Shown here piece by piece: positions 51,863 to 61,957 of a stretch of DNA of 64,000 bases. The stretch lies in the NCBI GenBank assembly GCA_965112735.1, contig OZ218962.1:1860001-1924000 (forward strand). The letters run 5' to 3'. A program made the translations under genes and the position numbers. Numbering within the stretch: the stretch's first letter is position 1; the number at the start of each line of letters is the position of its first letter. The notes beneath the pieces were generated by a model. That model did not search any database. It was not told where the DNA came from and was given only the letters and a program-made list of their open reading frames with translations. The DNA is from Phaeosaccion multiseriatum. Its lineage: Eukaryota > Protista > Ochrophyta, other classes.

Positions 51863-53159
51863 GTGGTAGTGCTGCTGTCGCGTCTGGTGCGGAGGAGGAG
51901 CAGCAGCATGAGCAAGAGGGAGGAGGAGTCGGTGACATGGTCAACAACGACGATCCCAGCCCTTTGTTGCAGTACTTGGAGGAGTGGGTGCGGCGGCTCA
52001 CCTCGGGTATGTACCTGTACCGCCCCTTGTGGGAGGACACGAGCGGCCTCTGCATGTATCCACAGGGGTTGGGGCAGGGCATGTTCGAGCGCTCTACCCG
52101 GGGGGTGCGCATACGGGTTTCCACGCTGTGGTGTGCCATGTAAGTACGAATTATTTTCACGTACATGAGAGAGAGGTGGGATGGGGTGAGGTGTCAAGGT
52201 CGATGCATGGAAGAAGTGGGTGGGTTGGTTGATGGGCGGAGTGGGGTGAGTTGGGTTGGTGTGGTGTGTGGTGAAGTATGAATGAAGGCTGTTGTGTGTC
52301 TCCTCTCTCTTCTTCCATCCAATTGACCTGGTGGGGGTGTGTGGTGAAGTATGAATGAAGGCTGTTGTGTGTCTCCTCTCTCTTCTTCCATCCAATTGAC
52401 CTGCGACAGGTGGGGGTGTGCGCTCGCTCGCTCTCTATCCTACTCTGTACACCCGCTGCACACTCTCACTCCCACCATCGCCCCATCCACTGCCATCCAC
52501 TCCCCCATCCACTCCCCCATCCACTGCCCCATCCACTGCCATCCCCTCCAGGCTTGCGGCCGAGGAGAAGATGTGGGCCTACCGCGTGAGCATGCGGCTG
52601 ATGCGAGACGACCCCACGTACGATGGACTCCAAAGCGTGTCCCTCCTCAGCAGGTCAGGTTCAGTTCAGTTTCATTACAATTGCTCTTTTGGTTTGATGG
52701 TCATGCATGTGGTAACGATACGATGCGTAGATGCGTATGTGAAATCTGTCTTACCGACCCACAGTGCACGCACTTACGCACTCAACTGAATTCAGCTCTG
52801 CCGTGCCTTCGACACTCTCTCTCTCTCCTTCTCCCCCCCCCCCCCTCCCCCCTCTGCTCTTCTCTCTGACTCCTTCTGCGGGCCCCCACTCAACTCTCTG
52901 ACCTGACACCAGGTACTGGAGAATCACAGATGGTAGCGGCCGTCACTCGGAGGTGGAGGGCAGGGGCGTGATTGGCAAGTACCCCACGCTCACACCGAAC
53001 GATGCGGAGGATTTTTGCTACCGGAGCTGCACTACTCTCGACGTTGCCCCGGGAAGTATGGGGGGGCACTTTGTGTTCCGTTTGGCAGGGGGGGGCACGT
53101 TTCAGGCCATCGTGCCTGAGTTTACCTTGAAGCTCCCTCGCTTTGATTTCGCCTGGTAG
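48989..53159 (+). CDS. F-box + SMI1/KNR4-like + ApaG protein (SKIP16/FBXO3-like), about 9 exons
   Basis: F-box LPTHLELAIFSHLLPEDLGRLSKVRKSW; YPAPLVKRAHVFW; RLLYRFHNGQ..GIFGGY; ApaG STRGVRIRVS..WAYRVSM..LLSRYWRITDG..VEGRGVIGKYP..FCYRSCT..GSMGGHF. Exon 2/3 phase conflict noted. Confidence 0.88.
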
Positions 53160-53862
53160 GGTACGTGCGTGCGTGGGTGGGTGGATGGGTAGATGGGTGG
53201 GTAGGTGGGTAGGTGGGTGGGTTGTTTCGGTATCCTAGGTATGGGTATTGGATGAAGAGAAGAGAATGAGTTGAGTGAAGGAGTGCAGCTATAGCAACTC
53301 CTCAATAGACATTCCGAGTGTAGTCGCCGATGACAGACAGTATGTCAGGTAGGTGTATAAGTAGTGATCGGCAGGCAGGTGTAGGAGTGAGCCTCTCCGG
53401 GTGTTGCGCTCCTGGGCTGTGCTGAGAGAGAAGGGAGTCTCCTTTTGTTCAATTCAAGAGTTTATTTATTTACAAGTTGAAGTGTTCAAGCTGCCCTCCA
53501 CCAGGAACTAGCAGCAGCAGCAGAAGAATCTTCCGTCTGCTCCTCCCAATGTGCGCGGCTCGTCGTTCGTCGATTCCCCCTTCTTCAGAGGGCCTCCCGC
53601 TCCTCCCAGTGCTGAGACCCACTGCAAAATTGCCACACACTTCACACTTCCATACCCCCCCCCCTACCTCCCCCCAAAATTGTCGTTCCTTGTTATCAAA
53701 ATTGTCCTACTGTACCTACTCCCCACAAAATTGTGCTTCGCCCCCTTCGCCCCCCAAAATTGTTCCCACCGACTTCTCTCTCGTCCTGTCCGTGGTGCCT
53801 GCTTCCCCTCACGCGACAGACCGTCCAATCACTTCCTCTCTCTCTCTCTCTCTCGCTCTCTC

Positions 53863-54558
53863 TCAAGCCATGAGCTGCAGTGCAGAGAGCCCATTGTAGA
53901 AGCTAAGCCCCCCCAAGGCAGAGATGAGCGTGAAGCACACGGCGAACTTGGTGGCCAGCTTGGTCTCCTCGGAGGCAACGCCCAGCTTGCCGAACAGCAC
54001 CGAAGATAAGCCCACAGCACTCGCGATGCCCGCACTGAGCCGAGGTGTTACCACCACATGCGCCCCAGGGACAGCGGTAGCGGCGGTGAGGCTGAGCATG
54101 GCCAGAAAGACGGGAATGAAGCCGGCGCTGCCCTTGACGCAGCCACCAATCGTTTGCGCTGCGGCCGTGCTGGAGCGACTGATGGTGCGCTTAAGTGGCG
54201 CTTTCCGGGCGAGGAGCTCCGCAAAGTTCAGCACGCGGTAGAGGGCCTGCTTAGTTTTGGCGCTTGCCCAATCACCCCCGCTTAGAGCGTAGAGTTGCCG
54301 CCGCTCGTCTTGCAGGGTAGACAGCGCTGCTGCCGTCGCCTTGACGGAGTGTGCGGGGCCGAGAGAAAACACCATGGAAGGTGGTAAGGCTCGCCGAGCC
54401 CTGCCTGCTGCTAAGTCACCTGAACACATCTGAGCTCCCAACACCCTGCCGCCGAATCCACCAGCAGGCACGAAGGCGGTGGTGGTCCGCAGGCAAAGCA
54501 GCACCATGGTCCCCACAAGGAGGAGGGCCCTCATCACCGGTGGGCATGTGCTCATCAT
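53863..54558 (-). CDS. Hypothetical plastid-targeted membrane protein, single exon
   Basis: Clean ORF; hydrophobic signal MRALLLVGTMVLLCLRTTTA followed by FVP (heterokont ASAFAP-type cleavage), Arg/Ser-rich transit-like segment, 2-3 C-terminal hydrophobic helices. Confidence 0.65.
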   Translation of the reverse strand: MMSTCPPVMRALLLVGTMVLLCLRTTTAFVPAGGFGGRVLGAQMCSGDLAAGRARRALPPSMVFSLGPAHSVKATAAALSTLQDERRQLYALSGGDWASAKTKQALYRVLNFAELLARKAPLKRTISRSSTAAAQTIGGCVKGSAGFIPVFLAMLSLTAATAVPGAHVVVTPRLSAGIASAVGLSSVLFGKLGVASEETKLATKFAVCFTLISALGGLSFYNGLSALQLMA

Positions 54559-57511
54559 CACCACAATGTGCGTATATTCTGCTTCTTCTGCTGCTCCCTG
54601 CTCTTGCTGAGCGCTGGCAGTGGTTGCTGAGTTCTCAAGTAAGGGTTGTTGATTGCTTGTTTCGTGCTGCTAATAATCTCCTTTTGGTCCTTGTTTGTGT
54701 ATGGTCCTTGTGCTTTCCTTTGTACAAGTTCTAAGAGCGCTCTGTGCTTTCCATTGGTAAATAACAGTCCTTCTACTCTTCCTTACCTGCTCACACTCTC
54801 ACTGTTCTTGACACACACGTTTGTTCGGCTGTGATGCACCCCGTTCAGACCCCAGATCGACCCACCCGCCAAAAAAAACGTGGTGAGAGTCCCCAAAAGT
54901 GTAACCACCTCACACACACGCGCCCACCTCTCAGACGGCAGTAAACTCCTCCGCGCCAACTGACGCGTCCCTCACCTTCTCCGGAGTCCGTGCGAGGCTG
55001 AGAAGAGTGTGTGGATGTGTGGAAAAAAAAAGAAATGCGCGCCCCTCGCTCATCCCCTCATTTGGCAGCGTCCTGCCTAGCTACACATGATCCATTCTCG
55101 CCCTGCCTCCTCTCTCCTCTGGCAAGCAGGGCTACACACACAAATCCATGCAAACCAAGCACCTCCCACCTGGGCTTCGGCTTGAGCACTTCTCTCAAAG
55201 CTCAGAACACTCTTGTTTGCGTCTGCTGTGGTGTGTGCTCCGATCACTCCGACGCTCCGACGTCGACACTGGACACCACCAGGGGACCAGGGGGGGATTC
55301 CTCGCTCATGCTTCCTTCCAATACCGAACCGACTAAACAACTCACGCACACACCCACTCACTCACCCACGCATCATGCATTCATACATCACTCTCTCGCT
55401 TTCGCAGAGCACACTTGCTTGCAGCGGGGGGGGGTTACAGAGTAAAAGCCAAGGGAGAGAAAGAAACGGGTGCCATTAAGGAAGGAGAGGAAGAGGCGGG
55501 AGAAGCGGGACAGCGAAGAAAGACTGGCCAAGGAAGACAAGCAAAAAAACAGACAGCACCGACGATTCCCACGTGGTCCCCCACCGTAGTACTTAATCGG
55601 CTCGACATCGCTTGACTTCCGAGATCGGACGGGTTCGGGTATTCTCGATGTGATATGGCCGTCCGTGAATGTCAATGTCATCAGACAGTGTCTATACACA
55701 AGAGATGATGTCAAACAATGGGCTCCCCCCCCCCCCCCTACGTACTTCTCTTGTCGTATCGTGCCTTTGAAAAGCAGTTGGCCTCGCAGTACATGCTGAA
55801 GGTGAATACCCGAAGGTCTTGCCCGAACAGCACGGCGTTGCCATGATGATGTATATTGGTCGGTCGATCTGATGGTCGGTCGGTGCCAAGTGTGCGCGAC
55901 AAGGTTGCCCAGCAAGCAAGGGTAAAAGGTCACTACACCCAACTCAAAGAGGGTGGCATTAGCATCGCCTCCTGCACCATTGAAGCAAGGGAGTATCGAG
56001 GCAGCTTGGCTGCTTCCACACAAAGTACCGCACCCCACGGACGAGCAAAAGGAGAAGGAGGAATGTGGGAAGGAGACGGAGGAGGAGGATGATGAGCAGG
56101 ATAAGGAGGAAAGGAGGAGGAGGAGGCTAGAGAAGGAGAAGAAGGGAGGATTGACGAAGCCAGGCAGAGACAAGCTAGAGGAGCGTCCTGGGGTAGTAGA
56201 GGTGCGTGGGGAAGGCCTCCCGCTCCAGGGTGTGTCTTCCTCTCTTCGGCTTACCCTTGCCCGTGCCCTCGCCTCCCCGTCCGGCCTGCTCCCCCTCTCG
56301 ATTGCGGAAGGTCGCCTGGCTGGCTGCATCGCGGCTTCTCCAGTGGCTGCTGCCTGCCAGGATGGCTCAGGGACAGGAGTGGTTGCACGAGAGAGTACGA
56401 AGCGAAGAGAGAGAGAGAGAGAGAGAGAGGTGCAATAGTCGGGTATAGGAGGAGGTATACTCATGTGAGAGGGAAATATGGGAAGGGGGGCTTCGCTCAG
56501 CCAGCTCCGGCCGGCCGTGGCTGCTCAAGGTGCGTGTTGGCAAAATCCTGCTGCGCTCTGCCTGTCATAGCACGTGTTACCAACAATGCGAGCTTCCTCT
56601 CTTCTTTCCGGAGCGAAGTGCCGGGTGCCTTCGCCTCCTCACGATCTTGGCAAGGATGATTGAACAAAAGAAGAGTCTCACCTTTGCTTTGCGCCTTGCT
56701 TTTGCGCCTTTGCGTCCTCTTCCTCCTCCTCTTCCTCCTCCTCCTCCTGCTGCTGCCGCTGCTGCTGGTACGGCTACTGCACTTGTTGCTCCCTGGATTC
56801 TTGCTGTTCTGGTTATATGTCGCCGCGTCCCATATGTCTCTATTTGAATCTATCCATCGCCCAGTCTTTCTTGTCCAACAAGCAAGGAGAGCGAGAGGAA
56901 GAAGAGAAAATTTTTGAAAACAAGGAGACTTTGAGATCTTAGCGCTACTTCTCTATGCCATTCCTAGTCTCTCCCTTCTAGTTTTGTCTCAGGTGTTCTC
57001 AGCTCTCACTGTCTCCTCCCTCGTCCCCCCGTTGAAGAAGGCCCGCCCACAATCCCGCCAAAGCAAGATCCAACGTTTCACCGCCCAAAACTCTCGCCAC
57101 ACAGCTCTTTCGCGACCGCTTTCAGCAACTCTTCATCGATTAGACTATATAGGCCGTAACATCCCCGAAGATCTTCGTCAATAGCGCCTTATAAGTAGCG
57201 TTCACGCGCCCGGGCAAGCGCGCCGTCCGGCGGATTTTTTTTCAATAACAATTCCAATTTCCCAAAATCAACATACAGGAAACAAGACTCCCCCACCCAC
57301 TGACTCCCCCTCTCTTGATCCCTCCCTCGCTGGGACTGAGGCTCGCAGGTGTACTCACCATTGAAGGAGGACTTCTTCTTCGCAGCTGTAAGCTCTGACC
57401 ACCTGTTTCTACCGCTTTGTCCACTTCTTCTTCGAACATCTCTCCCCTCATCTTCCTCCGTCACTCGCCGTTCCGTGCCCCAAGGCAATTTGCCTGAGGG
57501 GTGGCGCAGCC

Positions 57512-60157
57512 ATGGCAATGAATCTCGTAGCAATGCTTCTAATCGTAGTCGCAGTGGCGTCTATCGCGCTGCTGCTGGTGAGCGGCTTTGGGCTTTCTTC
57601 ATCGAGCGACGGATACGATTCACAGCCCACGTTTTCAACACCGGCAGCAGCAGCAGCAGCAGCAGCAATGGTAGGAGTACATGTGGAACTTCCTCCAGAC
57701 GCAAGCGCCGAAGTAGTGCAGACTTTCACGCGCCTCAGCTCCCGCAGCAAGGATCCGGACGCCCAGGCGCTGCTGGGGGGAGGCGCTGACCCGGAGCTTG
57801 TCCACCCGCAGTCGGCCCTCCCTCAGTTCTTCACCATGTCCGCGACAGAGGAGCTGAGGAGCCTTGGCTCGGAAGGCTGTCCGTCGGTAAGTGCCAGGTA
57901 CACGTCGTGTTGAGGTTCCAGGTCCCGTGGTGGGAGTTGGCGGCGGGAGCGGGGTGCAGGAGGCCTTCCCAGAGAGAGGGATTCCTTTTTGCCTCTTCCC
58001 TTCCCTCCTTCTTCACTTCTGCCCCCCCACACAGTGCCTGTCAACCTGCTGTCTCCCCGCAACTTGGTCCTGACTAAATCTTTGGATCCCTTCCCTCCTC
58101 GCTTCGTGCTTGCCTCTGTTCAGAACTATCCCCCCTTCACAGCTCTTGGGCCTTTGATGTACACATGGAGCCCCAACGACCCAGAGGGAGCAGGCTGGGG
58201 CAACCACGGTCGAAACAGAGACGTCGAACCCTTCCCAGAGCTGTTGAGGGTGTTTGACTGGCGAGACAGGCACCAAAGGGACCTGGCGGAGAGATACAGG
58301 TGAGTAGAGAGGAGGAGGCCAACAGATGGCGCACCCAGATATTGGAAAAGAAGCCTTTAAAGCTTGGGTTCCGGCTAGCAACTCTCTCCCTCTTCTTCTC
58401 CCTGACTCCCTCCCTCCCTGCATCTTTCTCGCTCTACCTCTCCCCCACTCCGTCTCTCCCTCTCTCTCTCGCTCTCGCTCTGTCTCTCTCTCCCTCACTC
58501 ACTCATTCACTCACTCACTCTCTCGCTCTGTCTCTCTCTCCCTCACTCTCTCTCTCCCATTCTCTCGCTCTGTCTCTCTCTCTCTCACTCATTCACTCAC
58601 TCACTCTCTCTCTCTGCTCGTGCTGCCCAGGAACTGCGAGCTTCCCTTCAAGATCGACCACGCCGAGGAGATTCAAAGCGTTGTAGACAAGTGGGACGAC
58701 AAGTATCTCTCTGACGGTGAGTGAGTGAGTGAGTGGGTTTTGTGTATGGGTGGGTGAGTGAGTGAGTGAGTGAGTGGATTTGTCAGTAACTGAGTGAATG
58801 ATTGGGGGAGTGAGTGAGTGAGTGAATGAGTGAGGGAGGAAGTCAGTGAGTGAGTGGGTGAGTGAGTGAGTGACTGACTGACTGACTGAGTGACTGAGTG
58901 AGTGAGTTAGTGATTGAGTGAGTGAGTGTATGAGTGAGTGGATCATTCAGTAAGTGAGTTGATTCAGTGAGAGGAAGTGAGGGAGTGAGTGAGTCAGTGA
59001 GAAGGCGAATGAGTGAGTGACTGAGAGAGTGAGTGACTGAGTGAGTGAGTTGAGTCAGTGAGTGAGGGAGGGGGGGAGGGAGGAAGTGAGTGAGTCAGTG
59101 AGTGAGGGAGGGAGGGAGGAAGTGAGTGAGTGAGGGAGGGAGGAAGTGTGTGAGTCAGTGAGTGAGAGGATTTGTCAGTAAGTGAGTGAGGGAGTGGAGT
59201 CAGTGAGGGAGGAACTGAGTGAGGGACAGAGTGAGGAGTGAGTGAGTGATTGGAGTGCGTGAGTGAGTGAGTGGGTGAGTGAGTGAGTCAGTGAATCAGT
59301 GAGTCAGTGAGTCAGTGAGTCAGTGAGGGAATGGGTGAGTGAGTGAGTGGGTGAGTGAGTCAGTGAGTGAGTGAGTCAGGGAGGGAATGGGTTAGTGAGT
59401 GAGTGGGTGAGTGAGTAATTGAGCGCGTTGTGCCAACCCGACTGACTTTTTCGCTCCATGCACGCACCGTCGGCTGTCATCCCCTCTCCCTCAGCCTTCC
59501 ACCCCGACAAGGGGCGCCATAGCTTCGCCGTCAAGTACTCAAAAAACAACAAGTTTCTCTTTTACAAGGCAAGTCAGTCAGCAGAAGTCAACAGAACTCA
59601 TACTAAGTCAGCAAATAAGTCAGTGTCCAAGTGGGATATTGGGTTTGATTAGGATGGGCAATGTGTGCTGCCCAAGGTGCAGGATGAGGTTATGTGTTCC
59701 CTGGGTCTAGGCCTTTACTTCCCTCCCTCCCTCCCTCTATCCCTCCCTCGCTCCCTCCCTCTCTCCCTTCCTCCCTCCCTCCCTCCCTCCCTCCCTCCGT
59801 CCCTCCCTCCCTCCCTCGCTCCCTCCCTCGCTCCCTCCCTCTCTCCCTCCCTCTCTCCCTCCCTCCCTCCCTCCCTCCCTCCCTCCCTTCCTTCCTCCCC
59901 CCCTCCTTCTCTCCCTCCCTCGCTCCCTCCCTCCCTTCCTTCCTCCCCCCCTCCTTCTCTCCCCGTATGCACTAATCTCCCTCCCTCTCGCGCCTTCTTT
60001 CCCCCTGAAAGATGTCGGGCAAAGTCGTCCCCCGGGGATGGGAGTCTCCCACAAAGTTCGTGGATGACGTCAGCTTCGACAGTTGGCAGTAAGTGTGTGT
60101 GTTCACTTCTACCACTACCGCTCTACTCCTGCTCCTCTTCCTCCTCTGCTGCTGCTG

Positions 60158-60206
<49 letters not shown>

Positions 60207-60830
60207 TCCTCCTCTTCGTCCTCCTCTCCCTCCTCCCTACCACCACACCTCCCTGCCACAGAGCTTTAGCAAAGGTGGCCGACAGCGGCAAGCTCGAAGC
60301 CGAGTACCCTCACTACTACCTCACCGCCTCCTGCCCGGCCAAGATGCGCACCCCGATCAGCCCGTCCATGAGCACCGACACAACGGGAAGCTTCATCGCT
60401 GACGACCTGCCCTTCCTCTCCACCAAGACGGTACGTACCTACTTACGTACCTTCTCACGTACCACTTACATACCACTTAAGTAGTACTACCCCGAAGAGC
60501 AAGGGCAAGGGCATCCAGTCAGTCCATCGTCCGTCACCGTCTGTGCCTCGTCACCTGTGCCTCCCTCCCTCAACCCCCTCCCCCTCCCCCCTCCCCCTCC
60601 CATCACCACCCGCAGGACAACTTCTGGATCTCCAATGCCCGGCGCCAGAAGGGCATTCAGTGTCGCTTTGGTATGCGCGGTGTGGTTGCAGAGTCGCACT
60701 ACGACAGCGGTCGTAACTTTGTGGTCATGCTCCGCGGGAGTAAGCGTTACGTGCTCAACCCGCCGTCGGAGTGCCCTGTGCTTGGCGTCATTGGCAAGAA
60801 GGAACATCCTTCCTACAGACACAGTGAGGT

Positions 60831-60884
<54 letters not shown>

Positions 60885-61507
60885 ATGTTGCCCTCTTCAC
60901 CCCACCTCCACACACTCAGCACCACCACTACCACAACCGCCCTCCTCCCCCCTCCTCTTTGCTGCCACTCCTGTACTACCGACTGCTCCTGTTGCTGACC
61001 GCAGTTGGACTGGAGTAACCCCATCGAGTGGCCCAAGGGCTTCCAGAGTGCCAAGACCGTTGACACCGTGGTGATGGAGGGGCAGGCCTTGTACATCCCC
61101 TCGTATTGGTTCCACTACATTGTCAGCACCAACTACTCAATTCAGGCAAGGGCAGTCATATGGGCGAGGGCAGTCATATGGGCAAGGCCAGTCATGTGGG
61201 CAAGGGCAGTCATATGGGCAAGGGCAGTCGTATGGGCAAGGGCAGTCGTATGGGCAAGGGCAGTCATATGGGCGAGGGCAGTCATGTGGGCAAGTTAAGA
61301 GGGGAGGGACTCAGGAAGGAAGAACGGGAAGGCAGTGTGAAAAGGGAATTATGATGAATGAGTGGCCCTGCGCTGCAAACGGAAGAGTAGTAGTAGTAGT
61401 AGTAGTAGTCGTCGTAGTCGTAGTAGTAGTAGTAGTAGTAAGTAGTGTAGTAGTAGCAGTAGTAGTAGTAGTAGCAGTAGTAGTAGTAGTAGTAATAGTA
61501 GTAGTAA

Positions 61508-61540
<33 letters not shown>

Positions 61541-61554
61541 CAATAGTATATATA

Positions 61555-61607
<53 letters not shown>

Positions 61608-61957
61608 CTACTTTTTATGGCTGTTGCCGTCGTTCACCTCTCATATCCGCCCCTCCCCTCCCTTCCCCTCCCCCTTGCCCCCTTCTCTCCTCCCTCTAGT
61701 GCAACGCGCGGTCAGGCTCCCCACCGCGGAGAGAAGGGTGGGACGACATCCAGCGGTGCTTTGCAGACCTCGACGAGGATGCGAAGAAGAAGGAGGGCGG
61801 CAACAGAGCGCACGCGCAGCATGACAGCGGGGCGGAGTTTGATGCGAGGACGGACATAGGAGGTGGGGGAGGGGGGGCGAAGGGGGATGACGATGGGGAG
61901 CCGGGGGAGGGGGACGCGGCGAAGCAGGCACCGCAGGCACGGCAGACACCGAGCTGA
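57512..61957 (+). CDS. Membrane-anchored or secretory JmjC (cupin-like) 2OG-Fe(II) oxygenase, 9 exons
   Basis: N-terminal hydrophobic helix; IQCRFGMRGVVAESHYDSGRNFVVMLRGSKRYVL..P (HxD); GQALYIPSYWFHYI (distal His); last exon CNARSG..TPS-TGA at 61955-61957. Confidence 0.88.
61146..61293 (+). repeat. 18-bp minisatellite GGGCAAGGGCAGTCATAT, about 8 copies, at the 5' end of a JmjC-gene intron
   Basis: Read directly; same family as 19969-20275. Confidence 0.9.

Noticed and set aside
13409-53159. Functional clustering of CUL3 with the F-box gene
   Set aside because: F-box proteins work with CUL1, not CUL3, and the genes are 27 kb apart with unrelated genes between
55388-56920. ORFs of 160-358 aa between the plastid-protein and JmjC genes
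   Set aside because: No motif and no consistent splice model; a real or decayed gene cannot be excluded
59569-59574. GC donor (AAG|GCAAGT) in the JmjC gene
   Set aside because: The next exon (60012) needs phase 1, which the GT at 59573 satisfies
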